NCBI GenBank assembly: GCA_943788985.1
Contig: CALSSJ010000032.1
Span: 65,320 to 129,319, forward strand
Length of the DNA stretch: 64,000 bases
Direction of reading: 5' to 3'
Origin: an uncultured Lentisphaerales bacterium
GTDB lineage: Bacteria > Verrucomicrobiota > Lentisphaeria > JABSQK01 > UBA12247
Shown: one piece after another, positions 34,401-44,935 of the stretch
Layout: each line of letters opens with the position of its first letter
Numbering within the stretch: position 1 is the stretch's first letter
Notes under the pieces: model-generated
The model's input: the letters and a program-made list of their open reading frames with translations, nothing else
Databases searched by the model: none
Told to the model about the DNA's origin: nothing
Made by a program: the position numbers and the translations under genes

Positions 34401-34892
34401 GCAGACCGGGACCAGTTTCTTGTCGGCTGGAGTCAACGGACCGAGATCCGCGATATGAAAGCTGCCCTTGGTCGTGCGCCGGTCATGCAGCGGATTATGC
34501 AGCACCCCTTGGTGGAGGCGATGTGAATTCAGGATGGAGCTCTCGTGCTCGTCCTTTCCCATCGGCAAGGCCAGTTCGCGCGCCAGCCCGTGCCGGTCCA
34601 GCACTAGGGTGTTGCCCGGAAGTTGCGGGGCCTCGGCATCCTCGGCCAGCTCTGAAACTTTGTCAATGAAGTCTTGGATGCGGCGATCGGCCGGACACAG
34701 GTGCTTGTTCAAAACGCGACTTTTCTCGAGATGGTTCTGGATCAGGTCTTGTGCGACCTCCAGAAACTCCTGCCGCGCCGTGTCTTGCGGTAAGGTGCAG
34801 CCAGCGGCGGCCAGCTTGATATGCAAGTAATCAACAATGTCATCCGAGGACTTGCGTCCCACGCCCAGCGCTCTAGAATGCCAATTTTCCAT
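31431..34892 (-). CDS. PPi-dependent phosphoenolpyruvate carboxykinase (PEP carboxytransphosphorylase family, ~1150 aa), split by six +1 frameshifts
   Basis: [74 protein letters not shown]; total length fits the family as I recall it. Confidence 0.8.
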
Positions 34893-35042
34893 GGAAACGG
34901 TACCCGTTTAATGCGTTCGATCGTTCCCCGCCAGCCTAGTGCGGAAGGGAACCCGGACTGAATGTGAATCGCTACGCAATCCTTGCCACCTTTCGAATGC
35001 TCAGTTTTCGTGCATGGTACCACTTTCTGCTATCCAAGGAGA

Positions 35043-36007
35043 ATGCTATTGAGCCAGCAGGCAATCGTCATCACCGACCGGAAACCGGGTCACGAGAATC
35101 AGGCACTGGCGCTTTGCGCGCTGTTGGACTGGCAGCCACAGCTGGTGCCTATCTCCGCCACACGGCTGCAGAAGGCCCTGTTTTATGTCTGGGACCGCGT
35201 CGGCAAGCAGCCGGAATCCGCGATTCCGGGCGATCTTCCCGCGCAAGCTTCCGCCGTGGTGGCCGCCGGATCTACCACCTTTTTCCCCGCGGCTTGCGTG
35301 GCCGCGCGCCTGCAAGTGCCGCTGATCGTCATTCTCTATCCGCGTGGGTTTCGCTTGGAGCAGGCCGCCTGCATCCTGGTTCCGGAGTTCGACCGGCCCG
35401 CGGGCCCGCGCCGAACATCGTCCCGATTCCGGCGAATCTTTGCGCTCGCGACAAGCCCAGGCTGCGGGACTGTGCGGCTGAGTTTCGGGACCGGCACACC
35501 TCGGCTAAGCCAGCCGTTGGGGTGATGATCGGCGGCCCGAATCGGGTCAGCGAGATCGACTGCGATGCCTTGCGCGAGCAGCTCCAAAGAGCCTTCTGCC
35601 TGTTGCCGGATCATGAGTTTTGGCTGACTACCTCGCGGCGGACGCCCGACGATGTCGTGCACATGCTTCACGAGCTGCCCTTCGCCTTCTCGCTGATCTT
35701 CAGCGAACAGGATCGCTACAATCCCATTCCCTACTTTATAGAAGCCTGCGATCGCCTGTTAGTGACCAGCGACTCCAGCAGCATGATCAGCGAAGCCGTG
35801 ACTTTCGGCCAGGCGGCGGTCGAGGTCCTCCCGAACCGCGTCACCCGGCCGGGAAGCAAGTTCGACCGCTTTCTCGCTGGGCTGGTGACTCGCAAGGCTG
35901 TCCACATCTTCGACGGCTCGCTTGGCGACAGTCGCACCAAGTTAGATTTGTCCTTCATTCCCGGCGAGGTACGACGTTGCATATCGTCCAACTTCTCCCC
36001 GAGCTGA
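35043..36007 (+). CDS. ELM1/GtrOC1-family putative nucleotide-sugar enzyme, frameshifted near 35410
   Basis: DRKPGHENQ, IGGPN, TTSRRTP, NPIPYF, VTSDSSSMISEA. Confidence 0.85.
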
Positions 36008-37070
36008 ACCAAGGCGGCATCGAACGCGGTGTGGTCGAGCTAAATCGCGAGCTGGTCGCCCGCGGATTCCGCAGCACCGTGGTCAGTGCTGGCGGCGCAC
36101 TTGTGCCGACGATTGAGCAGGACGGCGGCACTCACCTCACCGTGGATATCTGCAGCAAGAATCCGGTCACCGCCATTGCCCGTGCGCTCAAGCTGCGCGC
36201 TGCGCTTGCGGAGATCGCACCCTCGCTGCTACATGTCCGAAGTCGCGTGCCTGGCTGGCTCACTGCGCTGGCCAATCGCTCGCTCAAGCTCCCGCTGGTG
36301 AGCACCGTCCACGGCTACAACAGCGTAAACTGCTACAGCGAGATCATGACCCCGCGGCGAGCGCGTGATCTGCGTCAGCCACGGCATTCGCGACTTCGTG
36401 CGTGAGCACTACGGCGTCGACGAAGCACGCCTGCGCGTGGTCCATCGCGGGGTCGACCTCCAAGCTTTTGCGAACTCCGCAAATCCCGAACCGCTGACGA
36501 GCCTCCAGGACACCTGGAGCCTCAACCGGCCGTTCGTGCTCGCCGCTGGCAGAATTTCACCGCTAAAAGGGCTCGATCTGATGATCGAAGCACTCAGCGA
36601 CCCGCGCCTGAGTGGCCTCGACCTAGTGATTGCAGGCTCGGCCGGCACCCGTCATGGGCAGCACCTGCAGAGCCTGCACGACCTGATCGCGTCCCGGTCG
36701 CTCAGCGACCGCGTACATTTCGTCGGCAGTCAGAGTGATCTGGTGCCCTGGTACGCTGCGGCCCAGGCCGTCGTGTCCACTTCGCGCAAGCCCGAGAGCT
36801 TTGGCCGTACCCTCATCGAAGCCATGGCTTTGGAGACCCCCGTAATTGCTGGCCGGCACGGTGGCGCCCCTGGAGATCGTCCGCGACGGCGAGAACGGCT
36901 ATCTCGTCACGCCCGGCGACCGTCAAGAACTGGTCGAAGCATTGGCCGGGATCGAGCGCCTTCAGACCGCCGGGCTGCGCAGCTATGTCCAAGAAAACTT
37001 TTCGTTGGCGCGCATGGTTAGCGGGATTCTCGCGGTCTACGAGGAAGTGCTGCCGTGCACGTCCTGCTGA
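35977..37070 (+). CDS. GT4 glycosyltransferase, two +1 frameshifts
   Basis: QLLPELNQGGIERG, HVRSRVP, GRISPLKG, KPESFGRTLIEAMA, EIVRDGENG. Confidence 0.88.
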
Positions 37071-38419
37071 CGATCCCGCACGGGTTTGCCTTGCGCAACG
37101 CCGTCTACTCCACGCTCCCGGATGTGTTGGCCCAGGACCAGGTCACGGCCGTCGCCGCCCCAGCCATGCACTCCGCGTTGCCTTCAGCCTGGCACGCGCA
37201 AGCTTGGCCGACCTATCGCGAATCAGCCCGGGCCGGCGTGCTGCGCCCGCGCCGTCCTCACCGGGCACATGCGCGTCCATGCCACACCGGGAATGCAGCG
37301 CGCACTGCCGCGCCAGCGCGGCACCACCCGCCTCGGCCCTCGCCGGCTGCTAGACGAGATGGGCTGGCAGCTGGGCAAGACGTTGCGAACTCCGCAACAC
37401 CTCTACACTTGGACGCAACGGCTCGAACGGGCTCATCGGGGCCCAGCAGCACCACGGCCGCCTGGCGTGCGATCCTCGCCAGCCAGCGTCCCGAAGTCAT
37501 TCTCTGCGGGGACCAGCGCCGACCCGAGCACATCCCGCTGCGGATCGCAGCCCGTGACGTCGGCATTCCCTGCGGGACCGTAATTTTCAGCTGGGACAAC
37601 CTCTCCAGCAAGGGCCGCATGCCCTGTGGGTTCGACTTCTATCTGGTCTGGAGCGCGCACATGGCGCACGAACTCAGACGGTTCTACCCGGAAGTTCCGA
37701 CCGAGGCCATCCACGTCACCGGTACGCCGCAGTTCGAGGCCTACCTCTCGTCGGATCGGGTTCGTCCGCGTGCGGAGTTCGCAGCCTCGATTGGCGCCGA
37801 TCCTGCGGTTCCCTGGCTGGCCTTCTGCGGCGAGGGTCCGCTTACCTATCCAGACAGCCCGCAGTTTGTCTCCGACCTCGTCGGCAGTAGCCAAAACCTG
37901 CAGATTCTGCTACGGCCAACGCCGTCGGATACTAGCGAGCGCTGGCGCTCGGTGGTCGCTGCGCACCCGGGCCGGGTCCTGTGGTGCCCGCCGAAGTGGC
38001 AGTGTGCGCAATCCTGGGAGCAGGCGCTGCCGAGCGAGCCCGATATGGCCGAGCTTGCGAACCTCGCACATCACTGCGCTGCCTGCGTAAACATTGCCTC
38101 GACGCTGACCTTGGATTTTGCTATTGCGGGCAAGCCCAGCATCAATTTAGCCTATGACACGACCACCCCGCCGCCGCTTGGTCGCCCGCTGTGGGAGCAT
38201 TACTTCCAGTACGATCACTACCGGCCTATCGTGGAGCTGGGGGCCGCGACCATCGTGCGTCAGCGCGATCAGCTCGGGGCGGCCATTCAGGCGATCTTGG
38301 CAACGCCCGATGCGACCCTCGCAACCCGCGAGCAGCTGATCCAGATGCAGACGGACAACTGCATCTTCGACGTCGGCCAACGCATCCGTGCTGAATTAGG
38401 GAGGCGGTCCGCTGGCTGA
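37055..38419 (+). CDS. GT-B-fold polysaccharide biosynthesis protein, probably with a compensated frameshift at ~37250-37450
   Basis: IFSWDNLSSKG, YLVWS, TGTPQF, STLTLDFA, YDHY; low-complexity out-of-frame-looking stretch in the N-terminal half. Confidence 0.7.
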   Translation: MHVLLTIPHGFALRNAVYSTLPDVLAQDQVTAVAAPAMHSALPSAWHAQAWPTYRESARAGVLRPRRPHRAHARPCHTGNAARTAAPARHHPPRPSPAARRDGLAAGQDVANSATPLHLDATARTGSSGPSSTTAAWRAILASQRPEVILCGDQRRPEHIPLRIAARDVGIPCGTVIFSWDNLSSKGRMPCGFDFYLVWSAHMAHELRRFYPEVPTEAIHVTGTPQFEAYLSSDRVRPRAEFAASIGADPAVPWLAFCGEGPLTYPDSPQFVSDLVGSSQNLQILLRPTPSDTSERWRSVVAAHPGRVLWCPPKWQCAQSWEQALPSEPDMAELANLAHHCAACVNIASTLTLDFAIAGKPSINLAYDTTTPPPLGRPLWEHYFQYDHYRPIVELGAATIVRQRDQLGAAIQAILATPDATLATREQLIQMQTDNCIFDVGQRIRAELGRRSAG

Positions 38420-38453
38420 ACTGACCATGATCGGAAGTCGTGAAAAGAGATTT

Positions 38454-38482
38454 ATCCGCAGATCACGCGGATTAACGCAGAT
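38454..38482 (+). repeat. Triple 9-10-nt periodic element (CGCAGAT type)
   Basis: ATCCGCAGAT CACGCGGAT TAACGCAGAT; 22/29 identical to the reverse complement of 53528-53556. Confidence 0.65.
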
Positions 38483-38506
38483 CTAACAGCGTTCCTACTC
38501 CCGGGC

Positions 38507-39868
38507 TTAGCGAACGGAGATCACGGTGCCTGGGCGAACGAGGGAGATGCTGATGTTATCGACCGATGTCGTGCCACCGCCGGTTTCATTCCCAGCAAAA
38601 GCGAGGAAGAAGGTATCGATATCGCCGACGGACGTAACGCCGGGGATTCCCAGGCCGGCCAAATTTATCACCGTTACAAATGTGCCGGTTCCCGTCAGTG
38701 CACCGGTGATGCTGCCAGCGTTGGCAGGAGGGCTTGCCCCATCCAAGAGGTTGTAGATGGTGTAATTTGCGCTGACGGATTCATTCTGGGCGCTGTTGCC
38801 GTTACCCCAGCCTTGGTTGTTGCTAATGAAACTTGGGGAACCGTCGCCTCCGTCCTGAACAGCCCAGAAGTGCGCGGTCAACGTGTCACTGCCGTCGACA
38901 ACATAATCGAATGAGACCTTCACGCCGGGATCGGTACTGCTGGATTCGGGATTGGTCCACCACAGCCAAGCGGGGGTTTCAGATTCTACATAACTGGTCG
39001 TATTCGCGGTAGGATTCTCCAGTCTGCCGCCAGTGATATCCCATGCCGAGGCAATATGGGGGCCATAGGCAGCGGTTGCCCGCCAGCCAGCGTCAAGGCG
39101 CGATTCATAGATGCGGCCCTCATCTGGAGGCGTACCGCCGGTGATGAATTGCTCATTGAGTATGTTGGGAGGCCAGTCAGAAACACTCAGATTATCGACC
39201 CATGTCGTGCCACCACCGGATTCGTTCGCGGCAAAGGCCAAGAAGAACTTGTCGATGTCGCCAACCGTAGTGACACCGGATATTCCCAGCGTGTTCAGGT
39301 CAATTTCCCCGACAAATGTGCCGGTTCCCGTCAGTGCACCGGTGATGCTGCCAGCGCTGGCAGGAGCGCTTGCCCCATCCAAGAGGTTGTAGATGTTAAA
39401 ATGTGCGCTGACGGATTCATTCTGGCCGCTGTTGCCGTTAGCCCAGCCTTGGTTGTTGCTAATGAAACTTGGGGAACCGTCGCCTCCGTCCTGAACAGCC
39501 CAAAAGTGTGCGGTTAACGTGTCACTCGTGCCGACGCTATAGTCGAAGGTAACGCGCAGCCGCCGCCTGATGCTGCTGGGAGCAGGGTTGGTCCACAACT
39601 GCCACACAGGAGTTTCAGACTCTACGTAACTGGTCGTATTCGCGGTAGGATTCTCCAGTCTGCCGCCAGTGATATCCCATGCCGAGGCAACATGGGAGCT
39701 ATAGGCACTGGTTGCCCGCCAGCCAGCGTCAAGGAGCGTTTCATAGATGCGGCCCTCATCTGGCGGTGTGCTGCCAGCGCTGAAATCATCAACCAAAAGG
39801 TCGGCAGAATAGGCGGTCGCTGCCGCGATCATTGCCAGAATTAGGGCAAGTGTGAGTGTAGTCTTCAT
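38507..39868 (-). CDS. Secreted protein with two tandem ~212-aa domains and C-terminal PGTVISVR tail
   Basis: Signal peptide MKTTLTLALIL..AYS; internal repeat with a 636-nt period. Confidence 0.88.
   Translation of the reverse strand: MKTTLTLALILAMIAAATAYSADLLVDDFSAGSTPPDEGRIYETLLDAGWRATSAYSSHVASAWDITGGRLENPTANTTSYVESETPVWQLWTNPAPSSIRRRLRVTFDYSVGTSDTLTAHFWAVQDGGDGSPSFISNNQGWANGNSGQNESVSAHFNIYNLLDGASAPASAGSITGALTGTGTFVGEIDLNTLGISGVTTVGDIDKFFLAFAANESGGGTTWVDNLSVSDWPPNILNEQFITGGTPPDEGRIYESRLDAGWRATAAYGPHIASAWDITGGRLENPTANTTSYVESETPAWLWWTNPESSSTDPGVKVSFDYVVDGSDTLTAHFWAVQDGGDGSPSFISNNQGWGNGNSAQNESVSANYTIYNLLDGASPPANAGSITGALTGTGTFVTVINLAGLGIPGVTSVGDIDTFFLAFAGNETGGGTTSVDNISISLVRPGTVISVR
38550..39786. 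repeat. Intragenic direct duplication, period 636 nt
   Basis: For example TATTCGCGGTAGGATTCTCCAGTCTGCCGCCAGTGATATCCCATGCCGAGGCAA occurs at both 39001 and 39637. Confidence 0.95.
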
Positions 39869-40039
39869 CAGGTCACCTCGGCTCCTCATTTTATGTGCGC
39901 TAACCCGATTAGGGCCAGCTTAATGACGGAAGAGTTAAAATCTAGCGGAGTCCACTCTGCCGCCTTGGAAATTACCTGCAATTGCAGGGATTGCAAGGCG
40001 AAAATATGTGGGTGTAGAGGGCCTGGTTTTTGTGCAGGG

Positions 40040-40984
40040 TCAAGATGCCACCAGGCCAGGTCGAACGGAGATGCGCCGCTGTCGTCGACTCGGGCCTCGC
40101 TGCTGCTGGCGACTCGGGCCTCGCTGCTGCTGGCGGAACGGGCGCGGGGTGAGGCCGGTGTGGACGCGAAAGGCTCTGCTCAAGGTTGCGGGACCACCGA
40201 GCCCGCAGCAGGCGGCGACTTCGCCGATGGAATAGCGATTCTCTGCAAGCAGTGTCATGGCTCGCTTCATGCGAATGCGACGCACGTAGGTGCCGGGGCC
40301 GCAGCCGATCTGCTTGCGGACCAAGAGCCGCAAGTGACTTGCGGACATGCCCACTTGCCGAGCCATGGTGTCGCATGAAAGATCACCAGCCAAGTCGGCC
40401 CAAATGAATTTGTTTAACCGCGATAATAAGGTGCCCTTGCCTGTGGACAAGTTGGGCAGTTCAGGCGATTCGCTAGGCAGGTTGGTGGCGGCGGTGCAGA
40501 GGCGGGCCAGTAAGGTGCCCACGGCAAATCTCAGTGGTAGGTACTGCGGCTGCGCGGGAGCGCCAGCGGCATAAGAATCGAGAATGTCCCGAGCACTGGC
40601 AATCTCATGGTCGGTGAGTGGAACGGGCCGGTTCCTGAGCACGCTGAGCCAGCCAGCCTCAGGCAGGTCAAAGGTGATGAAGAGCCACTGCACCGGTACG
40701 GCTAGCGAGGCATAGTGATGGCGTTGGAAGGGGAAGAACAGCAGGCCCTGGTGCTCAGCCACGGGAATCTCGCGTTGGTCGAGGTAGACAGTCGCAGCCG
40801 TCCCGAAGTTCAGGAACAGGACGCAGCGCTCATGCATGCAATTGGCACCATCCAGATCCGCGGTGGCTGTGCGCGAGGAGCAGAGGAAGTTTTTGGGACA
40901 TCCGAGGGGGCCACGCCCGAAGCCTGCGTGATAGTCACGCGGGGCGGGCAGTTGGGCCAACTACTCCCGGATCGCTGGGTACAT
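40040..40984 (-). pseudogene. AraC-family regulator with early amber codon
   Basis: MYPAIRE* (TAG 40961-40963) then LAQLP..; HTH segments MARQVGMSASHL and SIGEVAACCG..LSRAFR..GLTP. Could still restart at TTG 40960. Confidence 0.75.
40086..40135. repeat. 24-nt tandem duplication in the AraC 3' end
   Basis: CGACTCGGGCCTCGCTGCTGCTGG x2, encoding RQQQRGPS x2. Confidence 0.95.
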
Positions 40985-41164
40985 GTCTGGCTCACTGATC
41001 AGGCGCGGCCTCTGGTAGCGTAATCGGCATTGCAAAAGGAATCGCTAAAAGTGGATAATGAAGTGACTTGTGATTATGGCAAGTGTAGTTACTTGCCAGT
41101 GTGAGCAGAGTCCCAAGTTGCGAACCCCGCAACGCTCCAGGAGCTTCCACAGACGAGAAATAGA

Positions 41165-42205
41165 ATGAACGACTCCATTAAGATTCGCTTGGCAATCATC
41201 GCCACCGGCGGCCGCGCTGGGCTGGTGCGCTGGCTGATTCAGAACCGGAAGGACATTGCCATCACCGCGGTCTACGACCCGGACAAGGAGCGGGCAGCGC
41301 AAGCGTTGAAGGACTGGGAGGTAACCGATGCCGTCATTTTTGACTCCTACGAGGCCGCGATTCAGCGCGACGATGTCGACTGGGTGATGATCTTCTCGCC
41401 AAACGCTTTTCATAAAGAGCATGTTCTCTGCGCCTTTGCGGCTGGCAAACATGTCTTCTGCGAGAAACCACTGGCGACAGAAATCGACGACTGCCAGGAG
41501 ATTTTCGAGGCGCATCAGGCGTCTGGTCTGACGTTCGCGACGGGCTTCGTGCTGCGCTATGCGCCGCTCTATCGGAAAGTAAAGGCGGGACGGCCATGGG
41601 TGATTGTGGTGACATCGGATCATGGCGAAATGTTGGGCGATCACGGCTTCTTCCGCAAGTGCCAGCCGTATGAAGGCTCGGCCCACATCCCGATGATGAT
41701 CAGCGCCTCCTCCGAATTGGGCTTTGTGGTCGGCGGGCAGGCTGACCAAGTGGTGTGCCTGGAAGATCTCATGCCGACCCTGCTGGAGGTCGCAGGTGCC
41801 GCGATTCCTGCGTATCTTGATGGCGTCAGCCTGGTGCCAATATTACGCGGTGAGGCGCAGGCGACCCGGGAGTGGCTGCACATGGAGCACGCGCCCACCT
41901 ATAGCCAAGCGCAAGCCTACCACGCGCTGACCGATGGCCGCTTCAAGTACATCTGGCGGACACTCGACGGCAGTGAGCAGCTGTTCGACTTGGACCGCGA
42001 TCCGGGTGAAGAGCTGGATCTAGCACAGAACTCATCCTTTGACGCCATGCTCGAGACTTGGCGTGAACGGCTTATCCAGCGCCTGGCCGGCCGTCCTGAA
42101 GGATTCGTGCAGTCTGGCACCCTCGTGCCAGACCGCCCGTATCAGCATTTGAACAATTGCACCGTCCAATCAAACCAAGAAACGAATCCACGGAGACAAG
42201 AATGA
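41165..42205 (+). pseudogene. In-frame chimera: Gfo/Idh/MocA oxidoreductase N-terminus + sulfatase C-terminus
   Basis: GKHVFCEKPLA..GFVLRYAPLYRKVK then immediately VIVVTSDHGEMLGDH..PYEGSAHIPM, EQLFDLDRDPGE. Confidence 0.85.
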
Positions 42206-42885
42206 TCACGCCCTCAACTCTGGTCGGAGACTATGCCGCCGACGGCTATGTGGTGGTCGAAAGCCTGTTTACTGATAAGGAATGCGATACGCTCAAGCAG
42301 GAGGCCTGCGAGGTCCTGAAAAACCACGGTGCTGCTAACGCTACGGTCTGCGTGGGCGCGGCAGTACACAGCTCAGCCTTCCGAAACCTGGCGGATGACC
42401 CGCGGGTGATCGACCTGTTACGCCCCTTGATCCCGGAAGGGGTGATGTTCCTGAGCGACAAGATCGTGTTCAAATCTGGCGAAAACACCTTCGCGACTCC
42501 ATGGCATATTGATGCCTTCTACTGGGCTGGGACGAGGCCGAAGCTCTCGGTCTGGATTCCGCTGGACGATGTCTCGGCCGACAATGGAACGCTCAAAGTG
42601 GTCCGCGGCAGCCATCATCGGGAATGGACCTCACGCAGGGGGAGTGGCGAAGAGACAGGAGGCGAGTTTGGAAATGTAATCACGGACGAGGTCTGGGATG
42701 CCGCCGACGAGGTGATCTGTGAGATTCCCCGGGGCAGTGCGGTGATCTTCTCGGATCGCCTGGTACACGGCTCCTGCACCAACACCGCCAGCGCCGACCG
42801 CTACACGATCATCAGCACCTATCATGCGCCCGCAGCAGACGAGAGCTTTGATGAACAGTTCCCTGCCCGGCACGTGGTGGTCTGA
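42202..42885 (+). CDS. Phytanoyl-CoA dioxygenase (PhyH) family protein
   Basis: DGYVVVE, TPWHID, VWIPLDD..NGTL..GSH, HGS..N..R. Confidence 0.9.
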   Translation: MITPSTLVGDYAADGYVVVESLFTDKECDTLKQEACEVLKNHGAANATVCVGAAVHSSAFRNLADDPRVIDLLRPLIPEGVMFLSDKIVFKSGENTFATPWHIDAFYWAGTRPKLSVWIPLDDVSADNGTLKVVRGSHHREWTSRRGSGEETGGEFGNVITDEVWDAADEVICEIPRGSAVIFSDRLVHGSCTNTASADRYTIISTYHAPAADESFDEQFPARHVVV

Positions 42886-42934
42886 AAACGACAGGCTGCA
42901 TAGACGCCTACGAACAGCAAAATGAAATCGATTC

Positions 42935-44536
42935 ATGACAGGGAGAATTTCGGTGAGAAACCTCGCAAACAGCTACGGCATCGTCCCGATGCCGCAGTCG
43001 ATCGAAGTCGCAGCCAACAGCGATTCGTTCACACTGATGGCGGACACGGCGATTGTCTGTCAGGGCGAAGCCGGAAAAGCCTGCGCAGCGTACCTACAGC
43101 AGCGGCTCGCCGCAGCAACCGGGTTGACTCTTGCTGTCACGGGGGCTGACAGCGGGCGCGCGATCCTGCTTGAGGTCGCGCCGGAAACGCTCGCGTTCAC
43201 GGAACAGGAGGCCTTCACGTTTCAGAGCAGCGCGGACCGCATTCTCATCACCGGCAAGAGCGCCGCGGGGGTGTTCTACGGTGTGCAGACTCTTCTGCAA
43301 CTGCTGCCTGCGGCGGTCTATGGCGACACGGTTCAGCCAGGGCTTGATCTGGCGATCCCGGCACTCCGGATCAGCGACAAGCCGTCGCTCGACAGGATCC
43401 GGGGGCTGCACGTGGATCTTGCCCGGCATTTCAGGACCTTGGACGAGCTTAGGACGGTCATCGATTGCATGGCTATGCACAAGCTCAATACGCTGCACCT
43501 GCATCTGACCGATGACGAAGGCTGGCGGGTGGAACTTGAAGCCTATCCGCACTTGACGGCGGTGGGCGCAATTGGCAACAAATCTAATCCCGAGGCCCCG
43601 GCTGCATTCCTGACGCAGGATGATGTTCGGGACCTCTGCGCGTATGCGAAGAGCCGGTATATTTCGGTGATTCCTGAGATCGACATGCCGGGGCATATGG
43701 GAGCAGCCATCAAGTCCTATCCGGAGCTGAAGAGCGCAACGGAGCTGCGCGATCCTGGCAAGGTGATGCGGATCGACGAACAGGGGCAGGCGTTTGCCAA
43801 GGCCGTCCTGCGTGAGATCGACGGCCTGTTTCAACCCGGCTACATCCACATCGGCTGTGATGAGGTAAATGTGTTTGTGGATGAGCCGATCTACACCGAT
43901 GAAGAACTGCAGGGCTTTGTGCAGGCCATGACGTCCTACGTCAAAGACGAGCTGAAGAAGACGCCGATCGTGTGGGACGATCCCTTCGAGAAGGGCTTTT
44001 ATGATAGGGACACCGTGGTCCAGTGGTGGCGATACGGCAAAAAGCACTGGTGGGCGCCGATTGATCGCACCATTGACGAAGGCCTGAACGCCGAGAAGCA
44101 ACCGTTTATCATGTCTCCGGCCTACTGGACCTATTTCGACATGCCCAACGTGCGCCCCGAGGAAGGCTATGCCGGCTGGGCTCAGCCCATATCGGCAGCT
44201 GAACTCTACAACTGGGATCCATTTGAGGACATGTTCGGCGTCACGGCGGCAACCCGCGAGCTGACGCTTGGCGCCATCGCCTGCACTTGGAGCGAGACCA
44301 TCGTCACGATGACCGATTTTGGTGACCGTACCTTTCCCCGGCTGGCAGCCTACGCCGAACGCCTCTGGCGAGGCGGCAAGAGCGAGGCACCGAGCATCCT
44401 GAGTTGGCCGGAGTACCGGGATCGGGTTCTCATTCCGTTCCAGCTCAAGCGCTACGATGCCCTCGGCATTCACTACTGGAGCAAGGACGAGCCCCAAAAG
44501 TTGCTGGCCCTGGAAGATAAGGCCAAGAAACTGTAA
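42935..44536 (+). CDS. GH20 beta-N-acetylhexosaminidase
   Basis: RGLHVDLARHF, HLHLTDDEGWR, PEIDMPGH, HIGCDE, WSE, FPRLAAYAE. Confidence 0.93.
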   Translation: MTGRISVRNLANSYGIVPMPQSIEVAANSDSFTLMADTAIVCQGEAGKACAAYLQQRLAAATGLTLAVTGADSGRAILLEVAPETLAFTEQEAFTFQSSADRILITGKSAAGVFYGVQTLLQLLPAAVYGDTVQPGLDLAIPALRISDKPSLDRIRGLHVDLARHFRTLDELRTVIDCMAMHKLNTLHLHLTDDEGWRVELEAYPHLTAVGAIGNKSNPEAPAAFLTQDDVRDLCAYAKSRYISVIPEIDMPGHMGAAIKSYPELKSATELRDPGKVMRIDEQGQAFAKAVLREIDGLFQPGYIHIGCDEVNVFVDEPIYTDEELQGFVQAMTSYVKDELKKTPIVWDDPFEKGFYDRDTVVQWWRYGKKHWWAPIDRTIDEGLNAEKQPFIMSPAYWTYFDMPNVRPEEGYAGWAQPISAAELYNWDPFEDMFGVTAATRELTLGAIACTWSETIVTMTDFGDRTFPRLAAYAERLWRGGKSEAPSILSWPEYRDRVLIPFQLKRYDALGIHYWSKDEPQKLLALEDKAKKL

Positions 44537-44572
44537 AACAGGCAACAAATACCTATCATACAGAAGCCACAC

Positions 44573-44935
44573 TTGATTACTTATTATGACCCGGCTGAAG
44601 TCGTGGCACCGAAGCAGATCGCCTGTGATGTGGCCGTCTATGGGGGAACGCCTGCTGGCGTCACGGCGGCCATCCAGGCAGCGCGCCTGGGGAAGAATGC
44701 CCTGCTGCTTTCCTTTAATCGCCAAGTGGGCGGGCTGACCTCAGGCGGCTTGACCGCCACTGACTTTGGCCAGCAGGAATCTATCGGTGGCTTGGCGAAG
44801 ACGTTCTAAGCCCGGGCCGGTCGCATTTCGGACTTTACGCCTTCGGAGGCAGAAGCTCTGTTCTTGAACATGCTGGAGGAGGCGGGCGTGCAGGTGCTCT
44901 TTCAACGCTGCCTGGCGTCCGTCACACCACACTAA
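44573..44935 (+). pseudogene. FAD-dependent oxidoreductase 5' fragment
   Basis: DVAVYGGTPAGVTAAIQAAR..GGLTSGGL; TAA at 44807; truncated against the convergent sulfatase. Confidence 0.82.

Noticed and set aside
38550..39786. 636-nt repeat as a DGR TR/VR pair
   Set aside because: Both copies are coding within one ORF, and the differences are not restricted to adenines.
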